Of a stretch of 64,000 bases of DNA, positions 49,068 through 60,165 are shown one piece after another. The translations under genes and the position numbers were made by a program. This DNA comes from Daphnia carinata. Its lineage: Eukaryota. The stretch is taken from assembly GCF_022539665.2 (NCBI RefSeq), contig NC_081333.1, positions 5,890,001-5,954,000 of the forward strand, written 5' to 3'. The notes under the pieces are model-generated. The model was not told where the DNA came from. It worked only from the letters and a program-made list of their open reading frames with translations, and ran no database searches. The stretch's first letter is position 1; every line of letters begins with the position of its first letter.

Positions 49068-50857
49068 CTATCGGATGAACGTTTTTTCGCTCCCCGAGTC
49101 TATCAGACCTAGCACTTTTATTTTTCTGTTATTTTTTCCTTGTAATACCGCCGTGAATGTGGGCAGTCCGATCGAAGTTGCCTGCGCACAATTCACATTG
49201 GTATCTATCGTCACCGATCTGTTCATCGGTCTTTGCGGGGACTGTGATCTGACTGGCCCGTATTGTCTTTGTCTTGACAGGCATAGCGCTGGGCTATGGT
49301 CTATACTCCCGCAATTCCTACACGGAACTCTGGCTACGCAGTGTTCCGTCCGATGCGATTTGCCGAGGCATTTCAAACACCGATTTTCTCGCTCCCAGAG
49401 CGTTCGTCTGAACTGCGGGGTATTCACCATACACCTGTGGTGTATGTGATTCTGCTGACAAAAACAACAGGGTGTCATCCTACCTCCCCTCTCTTGAGGC
49501 TCCCTTCTTGGGCTATGCGGCTGGCTCACAGGATCTTCCTCCATCTCTCTAAGCCGTATCTCTCGATCAAGCTCCTTGAGAATGGCTTCTATTGTCGGTT
49601 GATCCTCATCGAACCATTTGTCTCTCCACCATCGCGAGGTTAATGCTTTAGGCAATGCCTTCAACACATCTCCCGAGATGTATTCTCCATAGCCGCCCAT
49701 ATCCACTTTGAGGTTCGTTAGGGCAGCTCTGGCGTTTGTCAGCCCGTCGAAGATTCTCTTCAACTGACCGGTTGTTGCTGAGTCTCCCAGTCTTACGGCT
49801 ACGAGACTTTTCAGTTCGTTTACTTAGTAGACCTTTAATTTTTCTGTATCCCCGAATCTTTTTTCCAATTTCAGCATTGCTTCCTGATATTGGTTTTCGT
49901 CAAAGTGTATATGTGATATCAATTCTGCGGCCTTGCCTTTCAGGCTTATCCGCAGATATTGAAATTTTTCCGCCTCTGTTAATCTCGGATCGGCGTCATA
50001 CGCCGTCCACATAGCTCTCCATCCCTTCCATGCTGTGATCTCTCCGTTAAACGTCGGTAGAGGCAGCGCTGTTCTGTTTACTGGCGATTGGGTTTCGCTT
50101 TTCTTGTATTTTTCTCTTAATTTTTTCATCTTTTCTCTCAATTTGTCCTCTATTTCTCTGTCACCCGCCTTTTCGGCTGCCGTAGAGATTGTGGCAAGCT
50201 TTTCATTTAACGCCACGATGGCTACCCATCGAGCTTCGGCCTTGTCTACGTATTTCTGTCTACTTTCAGCGTCGGCTTCCGCCAACGCTATACTGTCTTT
50301 CAGTTCCCTTTTTATCAGAGCCCGATCTTCAAGCAACTCTTTCCGCGTGCCTATCGGGGAGTCAGCCCTTGACGAAGCCCGTAACGGCTCTTGTCGTCTT
50401 ATCGGGCTGTCCTCTAGGCCGGGCAAGCTATCTTCTATCGTTCTCTCCACGATTGATCTTATTTCGGCTCTCACTCCCTCCACTATCTCCGGGATTTGTT
50501 CCTTCATTGAAAGGCTTTCTTTCGCTTGTTCAATTAATTTCGCTGCAGAGTTCAGCGCTTTATTACTTCTACCATCTATCTCTTTCACTAACTCTGTGAT
50601 TGCCGCCAATCTTGCCTCTAAATTCTCCATGTCTTCTATCTTTTTCTCCATTGCTTTCATCTTTATTGCCGTGTCTGTCATAAACCTTTCGATCGTTTTC
50701 TCCGTGACCTCGACTCTTTTGTGTAACATAGAGTGGTACGAGTCGCCTGACTTGTATATTTTTCTATTTTCTCCTCGACGATCGACAATCTTTCGTCGAT
50801 ACTCGTCTCATCTTGGTCTGTGACCGCGTATCTCGTTCTCCTGGCCGGAACTGACAT
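49068..50857 (-). pseudogene. BEL #2 gag and protease N-half, split by frameshifts
   Basis: ATG near 50857 (MSVPARR..); coiled-coil; LPTFNGEITAWKGW..EKFQYLRISLKGKA; CCFCQQNHIHHRC, CLKCLGKSHRTEHC, CRNCGSIDHSPALC; LIDSGS. Confidence 0.92.
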
Positions 50858-50943
50858 TTATTTTTTTTTTTTGATAGTGGTAGAGATATGTTTTTTTTGT
50901 TTTTTTTCAGGTATTTATTTAACAAATAACAATATCTAAAATA

Positions 50944-51747
50944 TTAATCAAGCACTGGGGACTTTAAAATCTCGTCTTCAGACGAAGATGCGATTCCTGT
51001 TTTTGCCAGTCGCTTTGATAGTTGTCTGCTCAACCGTTCTTCGGGTGAAGATCTCTTCCAACTCCGAGGTATCCCTGATGTGGACCTTGCTTTCTTCGCT
51101 TGGGGTGTCTCTTTTGAGGGTCCAGCGGCGAGGTCTCTAATTTCTTTGCTCAACACCGTGGGGGTCGGTGGTGGGCCCGGTATCTGGAATGTGGCGGGTG
51201 ACAACTCTTTGACACCGCGCGCTCTTTCCAATATCTGCTCCCTTCTCTGGAGCTCTTCCTTATCTCGTCTCAGCTTGCTCGTCTCAAGCAGGAATCGGGC
51301 GTGTTCCTCGGCACGTTCTGCTGCCTTTTGTGCCGCTGCTATTACCGAGGAGTGCGACTCTTGGACTTTGGTGAGGGCAGCTAGCTGTTCTCTCTCCTGC
51401 TCGTTCAAAAACTGGGCTGGCGAGTCCAAGGTCGGAGTGATCGGTCTTGTGTAAGGGTTTGGCCGACTCTTTTTCTCCACCGGTCTCTTGGCGCGTTGTT
51501 CAGGAAATGGCTCCGGGATGCGAAGTCTCCTGAACACACCTTTTGGGATGGTTTGTTCTAGCTCTTTCCAGAGTTCGTAAGAGCGAGCCTCCGTATCTAA
51601 GAGGTGCTGGAATCTGGAGTACACCGCCTGCTGGTGCTGCTGATGTATGCTGTCCGACACTGTTATGGAATGTACGGGCAGGTTTTTGTTATTATTTTTT
51701 GTTCGAAGGACCAATTTAAGGAATGCCCCTTGGCCGGGCGTTCTCAA
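50944..51747 (-). CDS. Accessory ORF0 between PBS and gag of BEL #2 (267 codons, no ATG)
   Basis: Open from inside the LTR through the PBS; coiled-coil core (AAAQKAAERAEEHARFLLE..RRDKEELQRREQILE), basic C-terminus; followed by an A-rich spacer with AATAAA. Confidence 0.6.
   Translation of the reverse strand: MRTPGQGAFLKLVLRTKNNNKNLPVHSITVSDSIHQQHQQAVYSRFQHLLDTEARSYELWKELEQTIPKGVFRRLRIPEPFPEQRAKRPVEKKSRPNPYTRPITPTLDSPAQFLNEQEREQLAALTKVQESHSSVIAAAQKAAERAEEHARFLLETSKLRRDKEELQRREQILERARGVKELSPATFQIPGPPPTPTVLSKEIRDLAAGPSKETPQAKKARSTSGIPRSWKRSSPEERLSRQLSKRLAKTGIASSSEDEILKSPVLD
51701..51713 (-). promoter_or_regulatory. PBS complementary to tRNA-Tyr 3' end
   Basis: TGGTCCTTCGAAC on the minus strand, 1 nt after the LTR. 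Confidence 0.9.
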
Positions 51748-52957
51748 ATGCCGGAGTCTGCCGGCTCAGCGTAAAGTAGTGGCTTTGGGACCTCTTAATC
51801 CCAGCGTAATAGCCGCGTCACGTCTGGGTAGCCGGTGGGGGACCGTGCTACGATGACTCGTTGCGGCTGTACCGCGACGAGACCGTCTGGACGGATCTCA
51901 CCGTCAAACGATCTAAATTATAAGGCCGGGACAAGGCGCGGCCAATATGACTTGGCGTGGCTGGACCGCTATAAGACCGGCTGGACGGATCTCACCATCC
52001 AATGATCTCAAATACGGGGCCGAGATAAGGCCCGGCCAATATGACGGACACGAATAACAACTGCTAGATTACTTGTAATCCTTGGCGTTGAATGCCCCCG
52101 GGTCGAATGGATCTTCAAGTGAAGCGATGGCCAAACAGGATCCGATCCGGATGAGAATCGCTGCAAAGGGGTCCCACTTGCAACTTCGTTGTAGCCGTGG
52201 AGGAAAAGAGTTGGGCAAACGAAGAGGGCTGACGGGCGGCAGCAGCGTATCACGGCCGGGCAGATAATGACGGCCAGTTGCGGCGGGCGGCAACACAAGT
52301 GATAACAAAAGGAAGACTTGATAGTAGTTACCAGCAGAAATGAAGAGCCGACTCCGGGGGCTTCGGTGAAACTCGTGTGTATTTACTCAGCTGGAAACCA
52401 GCCTTTATATACTCAATATTTACAAAACACCGTTGACTAATATATACAATAAACATACATAAGTTTAAACGCTGGAGTAGATGTCACCGGTGTTCCGTCT
52501 CCCGTTTTAGCCGCAGGATCCTCCACTTCCTCCAACCTCGAACTCCCCTCCACCGACCCACCGTCGGTCACTACATCGCCAACACCCTCCTTACTCTGGG
52601 CTAAAACAGGCTCCAGTCACGATGGTTTTTGGTGTTGACTTATGAGAGCGGTCGGTAGAGACCGCCTCACATAGCTGTAAAAGACGTCAAGTACTTTCAA
52701 TAATATGCTATCGGCTTCCGACCTTCTGTGTCAAGGATTCGCCGAGCAAATCGTTCTAACTCCCGTTTACCTTCCGTCTTCTACCGTCTACCGGTATGTC
52801 ATTTTCTTTGGCCGGGAACTTCTTGGTTAGTTCCCGCCTAGCGTTGGACTTACCCCGGCTACCGACTCTTCGGTGCCGAGTGCCCAGGCTTCTGTTGCCC
52901 TTCCGTTTATCCCTCTGCCGTCCCTTCGGACTGCTTCAGACGTCGGAATTTCCGACA
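51715..52957 (-). repeat. 5' LTR of BEL #2
   Basis: Begins TGTCGGAAATTCCGACG; about 10 substitutions versus the 3' LTR by manual comparison. Confidence 0.98.
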
Positions 52958-55900
52958 GACGGTATTTTGTATTTAAAAAATTGAAGTGCATATCTGGGCT
53001 CCCTTCCTTTCCGTAGCCCCGTTTCCCCTTGACTCGTAATAAGCCCGTAGGGGGTCATGCCCCTACTGTACGGTATATATAAAAACAACATATACCGAGG
53101 TTTGGAGGGCTCTGGCCGGAAAGGGGACGTGGGGGTCCGCTTAGTCCGATGATGTGTTCACGGAGGGCGATGTGGCTACCCACAAATCCGAACTAAAGGT
53201 TAATCGCTCCTTTAAAAATGTTCCAAATCATCAGCTCTTCTTCCGGCTTCTCTTAGCCCATCACCGGGTAATCTCCCCGGTGGGTCAACAAGGCAGTGTC
53301 TCCTTTTTAAAGTTGCAAAAATAATTGTAATGTGCAGACAATTGTCAATAAATTTTTTTTTATAAAATATTTTTTCAAAATTTGTCTCTTTCATTGTCTG
53401 TGTTCGCTTTGTTCACACATTACATTTATCAATTTTTTTTTTATTTAGCTTGCTCAATTCATCTTTATTGTTTTTGCCACCGTCATGGTAGAAAATTGAT
53501 TTGTCATTATTAGTAGCTTTGTTAACGTAAAGTGTAAAGCTTCCTTATATCTCAATGTAGTATGTGATGTGTAATTAGGTAATCAATAGCTGCTTGAAAA
53601 TGTGCAAAAGGTGAAAACAGGACACGAAGAACGAACAAAATCATTTATAGCAGTAGGTTATAATTTTAATATATTTATTGGGCTCTTTGTAATTGTTAAA
53701 AGAATTGAAAACGTATAAGGAATAAATGGTATTAGAATCAATATTGAATTACAATAGTCTTTGTTTTGGTCCTTGCCTCAGACGATAGTTTAAGTTTGTA
53801 ATATTATTCCTATAAACACTATTTATTAAATGTTCCTATAAAAATTATTTATCAAATGTTAATAATAACAAACTAGTCTTCGTGGTAACATATCTTTGTT
53901 CCCAGCAACCACAAAAGCCCCGCGGAACTCATTCAGTTTCCGTATTCACAACGAATCAGTGGTCTTTATCTATGGCATAAGCATCGACAAAGGGAAATAA
54001 TAAGGGAAATGGACTGGGGGTTGGGAGGAATGATTAAAGAGGGTGGACAGAACAAGGCTAAGTGCGGAAAACATGTATTTCTTCTATTATATTTAAAGAA
54101 GCGATAGTTATTCAGTAAACAAAAATTGTGAAAAATGAACCTTATGTAACGGGATATTAGCAATAGATAAATACTAACATAATCCGAAAAAAGATTGCAA
54201 CCGAATAAATAATCAAAGATTAACTAGCGTACAAACGCTAACATTGTTTGATCTCTGCAAACCTTATAGAATATCACGGTTTCAGCAACCTTTGTACATT
54301 CCAAATTAAACGGGATAGAGGTGGGAAATACAATTTTGGAAACAAATATAAAGTTTGTAGGAACATGGAAATTGAGCGGAGAAAAAGGCCCAGTCCAATG
54401 GAGAAAAAGGCCCACTTTTGAATTTGGAAAAAAGTGGGCCTTTTTCGTATGGGCCTTTTTCGTCTGGGCCTTTTTCGCGGGCCTTTTTCGTCTGGGCCTT
54501 TTTCGTCTGGGCCTTTTTCTCCGACCTCCGCTCTTTCGTAACTCTTTGATAATACACAAATAACATTACACTTCTCAATCTGCAACTCGTCCTAGCCTCA
54601 CACTTCTAGCCACGTGCAGAGTTGACCGGGCTTTGCGGAGGGCCCACAATTCTTGACGCCTGCAAGTAATCGCGCGAGGTAAACCTTATCCTTGTGTATC
54701 TGCGGCCTCAGCCCCGAAACCGTAGTCATTTTTTCTCTAAAATAGAACCCGAGAACTACCAAGTAAACTCGTTCAGTCTCGTTGCTTCAATAATAGCCAT
54801 AGTCACTGACGAGGTCGTCATCGAGAAAGACCACGCCGACAATGTTCGATATGCCCTCTTAGATCCGGCAGATGACCAGTCCACTTCGTCCGAAGAAGAA
54901 GAAGCCACAATGACAGCGGAAGAAGCAAAACTGCAGCTCAAAGAGCTGTGGCATGCGCGAGATAGGGAGAAAAAGCGAATCACCGACGCCATTAAAATCG
55001 TCGACGGATACCTGAGAATTAAAGGCTGTGATCTGCTCAATTATCAAAACGTCCTAGTGCAACGAGAAGTTATCCGCAACTACCTCGAAGCCTATCTGAA
55101 AATCCACGAAAAGTTTGTAAAGTGCCAGAATTTCTCCAAAATGATGCCGAGAACTTCGAGACCGTTTAAGCGAAGGCAGAGGCCACCGTTGCAAGAATCG
55201 ACCAAGATTTCAAACACCGAGGTTCAATTGTTCAATCCTGTAGCTCCAAATCTCCAATCCTACAACAACGTACTGATATAACGCAAGTGAAAGTTATCCC
55301 CCCAACAGAAGCGGATTCAGCCGCCAAAGCAGTTGTCAGGCCACACGAGCAGCACCGCTAAGACGCCAACCACGCTGTCTCGTCCACCTCACATATTTCA
55401 TCTCAATCCTAAATGGAACGTTTGCATCTGCAAACGTTCTGATAACTGATAACTGAACTAGTTCACATGAAGAAAGGGAAGACGCTCCCACCATCATCCA
55501 AGCTGAACAACGTCACCCTATTTACTGACGTATTCCTGGCCGACTCGAACGAGGAAACTTTTCCGAATTCCTCAAACATCCTGTCATTCTTCACTATGAC
55601 AGCACCGTCCCCTGGCTAGTCATCACCGAGGCCCACAATCGCATCCAACATGAACCAGTCGAACACACGATAGCAGCGCAACGCTCCGAATATTATATTC
55701 TCCACTTTCGGCACACCGTTCAAGGGGTGCTTTCTAAGTGTCTCTCTCATGGCTGCAAATCGGCTAAAATCGCACTTGCCACCCTTCACATTAACCGGCA
55801 CAGACCTTTTCGGGACCAATGACGTAGCAATTTTTCGGAGACATGAAAAATGCTACGACGTATTATTCACATAATGATAACATATACCGTGGCACCTTAA

Positions 55901-56865
55901 AATGGCCTATGCATTGAACACGGAATCGTTTTTGCTTTCCTTTTGGCACTTCGCCAATCGTCATGGGTGCCCTAGTGAAATTCACTCCGATAATGGCACC
56001 AATTTCACGTCGGGCAACGGAGAGCTACAAAAGGTATTAAAAAGCCTAAGTACGCAAGCTGTCGCGGACCGTCTTGCTAGACGATCAATCAAAAAGGAAC
56101 AATCCACCTGCTGCTTCGCATTTTGGTGGTTTGTGGGAACTACAAATTCAATCCGCGAAAAAGGAGAATCACACGCCTTGAATGGACAACTCCGTGGCGA
56201 ATAGCCATCCAGAAAAGTTGTACATAGCTATGGTGGTCCCGACGGAATCGTACGATCCGCTCGTATTCGAACTCGAACTGGCGATTTCGGCAGGTCTATT
56301 GCGAAACTCTGCATTCCCGAATACGCATCGAACGAAGATGTTTCGTACCGAAACGGGGCCCGCCATATTGCGGATGTGTCTACTACGCCTTATGAGGAAG
56401 AGCCTCCCCATCCTTGTTGACTTAACCTGTAGTCACTCTTAACTGTCTTAGATGTGAGCTCACTTAGCATACGATGGTGGCGGGCAGTACTCTTGTAACT
56501 CTTCGATAATACACAAGTAAAATTACACTTTTCAATCCGCAGCTCGTCCTAATCTCACACTTCTAGCCAAGTGCAAAGCACAAGTTTGGCCGCGCTTGGC
56601 GGAATGCCCAAGCCTCCGCAACATCTCTTAATAGGATGAAACGCCCAAAAGCTTATTATCACCTTCGAGAAAAGAAGATTTTTTTCACTTTTCCCAAATT
56701 TGGTATGAAATCAACAAAAAAATACGATAATTTAATAACAGAAGGTTATAAGATAATTTTGAAATATAACGGTTAATGGGATAATGGGACACGTTCCCTT
56801 GTTTGAATTTTAAAGCAGGTGCAGGCTTTACCATTTACTTCATGATATGCCACTAGGCGTCTCTG

Positions 56866-58500
56866 ACTATTAGTGTTGGCGATTATCTAGTTCTGCTAGA
56901 TACAAATTATCTACGTTCATTTTTAGATAACGATATGATTATCGATAAAATATCTAATAACCTCCATCTACTGACCAAAAATAGCACTGCACAAATGATA
57001 GGGGTTAGTTTGTCGGGTTTGTATCGATAATTATAAACAATAACCTTATGCGACAACCCTCGTCTAAATTAACGTTTGTCATAGCGCTGTGGTTATAGAC
57101 AGCGCTTGTGGAGAAATAGTTCTGAGTTCAACGCCAGGTACGAATGGATGTTTTTACCGAATTTTTTTGTTGAAAAAAATGTTGCAAGTATGCGACTGAA
57201 ATATCAGATTTCCGTTGTGGATTTGTATCGATACTGTAAGGAGCCCAAAGGCTAACCAAAGGAAGCCACACCTCTTACATCACTCAAGCGTTTAACAAGT
57301 GAAAGTGAATGTATCTCCTCCTACTTTACGTCGATATTTGTGTTCTGCAGTAGTATAAATACCACATGTTTGTAACTTGCGATTCGGAGTTGTTTCGGCA
57401 ACTCACTGACAATACACGAGGTAATGAAACTTTACAATACTATGCAACAACAATGCATTTGGATTTTGATTGTAATTTAACAAGTGTGATGGAGCCGAGC
57501 TATAATGCTAGGTTCGTGACAAAAAGTCTGTGTGGTAAAGCCCATTCGATGTATTTTTCCACAATTTTTGTTTGTGTGGAAAATTGCATAAATGTTTTTA
57601 CAAAAGAGTGTTTTACAAGCGGTAGCATTTTTCCATTTTTTTTTATTTGTATAACAATATATTTGAAATATTAAAGAACTGATCAGTTTGATGGCAACAC
57701 CCAGTACATGAATACTGAAGAAGTTCACTGCGCAGCTTCGTAAAATTCAGCAGAGGACGACCAAATTAGATATTCGTCTGCAATTTGTATCGATACTCGG
57801 TAACAATATTATTAATTACAATATATTAAATTATTAACATTAAATTATTAATAAAAATTTTTTCTTTGCATTGCATATTCTGTTAAGCATAGTGGATGTA
57901 GCAGATGACGGTAAGTAACAGTTTCTTCTGAAATTTGTATCGATACTCGGCACAGAGGTCGAATCCGCCGTCGAAGTTTTTTTAAAATTTGAAATACCTA
58001 TTTTTAGATGCTACCGATAAATAAATTTGCGCAATGGTAAATTATTATTTTCTCTACATTTTATATTCATGTAACAAAATTTCTACAAAAATATATTCTA
58101 TTACGTAAGGCAACACTGATATTTATAACTAGAAATCATCTGTTAAGACTTGTAAAGTAAACCAGACGATAAAAATATTGTATTTCATTATATTTGTATG
58201 AATACTCGCCAACGAAAACCATACTTGTGCCGTGTCGATTTCATATTAATGGTTTAGGTGTGTGGATAAAGACATCGCTCGTAACACGAAGCATCGGACT
58301 TCAAATCCAGGCAGAGGGCGAAATTTTTTTAGTTAATTTTGTTTTTGTTCTTATTTGCACTTGACACCATCTATTGTTAAATGGGAAATATATTTGAAAT
58401 GTATCGATACAGCGATCATCTAAAAATGTCGACTATCTAAAAGTTATCTAAAAATATCGATATATCGTTTTGAGGTTTAGATAGTCGCCAATACTAGTAT
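56866..58500. mobile_element. Probable non-autonomous DNA element with inverted subterminal repeats, TATCGATA repeats and two tRNA-like cassettes
   Basis: TAGTGTTGGCGATTATCTA (~56871) is inverted relative to TAGATAGTCGCCAATACTA (~58478); ATTTGTATCGATAC repeats; true termini not resolved. Confidence 0.55.
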
Positions 58501-59235
58501 TTAGTTCTACATGGTGTAGGTTATTGTCGGTGCTGTGTATGTGCTTCGAATGTGTTGTGTATGTGCTGTGCATGGAGTTTTCGGACATGTATTGCTTTCC
58601 CTGCCTAAGCATCTGTCGGTCGTGTCCAGCGGCCTGCTCTGTACCTTCATATTGTGGATAATTAAAATGGAATCGCAAAAGTACATTTTTATCCCACTAG
58701 TGCTGGACCGAACCGGGACACAGTGTATCAGGCTCCGGACGGATACGCAACGGTTCGAATGCTGGCATTGTTAATTTAAGTTTAAGGGCATTGAGACTTG
58801 TCACCTCAATAGGCACAGGTATCGGAATTGGTTTCACAATGTCGTCGTGAAACCAATTGTCTGGCCCAGGTCAGTGGATCTTCAGTTAGATAGATATCTG
58901 TTGCGGATTCCCAAAACGAAGACAACTACGGGGTTTCCAAATTTGGAAGACCCGTCAGAAGACCTGCTATTTTTGATATTTAGTTATATTATTTCTATGT
59001 ATTATTTCTGTATGCCACTAGAGGCGCTGTTTAGCAGAGCCTTCTTAGTGGCCGATATCGGCAATGGCCGACTCTTCTGAATTTCCCATTTGCCCCAAGC
59101 AGACGTCTCTATTGTAAGTCAGTTCAGATAAAGTGTCAGTGAAAAAGTGTCTTTCTCCCTACAAACGTGTTTACTAAGGTATTAAGTTGTAATTTGTGTT
59201 TAATTTAACTTCCCCTTAGTTTAGAATTCGTTACA

Positions 59236-59247
59236 TGGTCCTTCGAA
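59236..59247 (+). promoter_or_regulatory. PBS complementary to tRNA-Tyr 3' end
   Basis: TGGTCCTTCGAA directly after the LTR-terminal ACA. Confidence 0.9.
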
Positions 59248-59446
59248 ACCATTTGAATTGACGAAATCGTCCAATTTAGACGTTTAAACTGCTTGAGTAC
59301 TACACTCACACACGTGTACAGCAAGAAACACGTGTTAAGGAATTTTTTTGGCCACTATCTTAAACTAGTGTAAGGGTTTAAGCCTTTCTTTTAAGTTAAC
59401 TAACAACCATTTCATTCCCCACAGCCAATTTTCAAGATATCTTGCA

Positions 59447-60165
59447 ATGAACAGGGAGTACGGGCCACTCACTTGGGCTGATACCCAAAAGTTCAACGTA
59501 AATTAAGTTTAGATTTCATTCAACTACCTGTTACTAACTTTTCTTGATAGTACCTAAATAAGATTAAGAGACTTGGATATTTCCACGCACAAATTAAGTT
59601 TGGGGAACGGCCTCCACCTCTTCACCCCACTCCTACCAGGGAATACCAACCTCTCCCACCTGGCGTGACCATAAATGATAAACTAGATTATTATAGCAGT
59701 GGCTTCTACGCTGTAGCAATTCGCTACCTACCTAGACCTGATGCTGTTGGAGTCACCAACATACAATGCAACATCGATAAGGCAAGATATCTGGAATCCT
59801 TGAAGCCACCTCACCTACGTCAGCCAGAACCGGTAGTGCAAGAAGAGAAGATCTATCCGGATATCCGCCTTCCATTAGGACCTTTGGTGCATCCAAAACC
59901 TAGTTTTGAACCAAAGTTTCATCTGCGACCAACAAGACGCGATCATCCATCACGATTTCCTGCGCCCCAACCAACTCACACTATACGACCTATCAGGAAC
60001 GTTGTGGTCGCGAATTTCTTTTCCGACAAAGCACGCGTACCAGAAGAAAAGAAACCCAAGATCAGCGTGCAGATTGAAGACCACGAAAAGGGCCAGGTGG
60101 TGACGTTGAAGAAGAAGGAACCTGAAGGCGAATACGTGCTCCAAATTTTAGAAGGTGATTACTAA
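59447..60165 (+). CDS. Spliced accessory ORF0 upstream of BEL #4 gag (predicted 221 aa, Pro-rich)
   Basis: Exon 59447-59497 (MNREYGPLTWADTQKFN), intron 59498-59550 (GTAAAT..CTAAC..TAG), exon 59551-60165 in frame with the listed 166-aa ORF. Confidence 0.65.

Larger units (their letters stand above)
43918..52957 (-). mobile_element. Complete BEL/Pao LTR retrotransposon #2 (9040 bp)
   Basis: Two 1243-bp LTRs, GACGG TSD (43913-17 and 52958-62), PBS, PPT (ACGGGGGGAG before 45160), gag and pol. Confidence 0.98.
40677..54529. mobile_element. Mutator-like non-autonomous element with ~860-bp TIRs and captured host sequence (Pack-MULE-like); hosts BEL #2
   Basis: 40677-41537 is the reverse complement of 53643-54529; subterminal GAAAAAGGCCC repeats; flanks GTTCTTTC(G)/GCTCTTTC(G) form an 8-9-bp TSD with one mismatch; an empty-site homologue lies at 56449-56520. 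Confidence 0.85.
40548..56623 (+). mobile_element. Old, internally deleted BEL/Pao element #3; 5' LTR split by the Mutator-like insertion
   Basis: 5' LTR = 40548-40676 plus 54538-~54646, homologous to the 3' LTR 56366-56623 (T(G/A)TTGCGGAT...CCGCAACA). Gag-like ORF 54694-55281; integrase remnants TGTDLFGT, HSDNGTNF, HFGGLWE at 55790-56140. LTRs visibly diverged and no TSD found, so the pairing is inferred. Confidence 0.72.
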
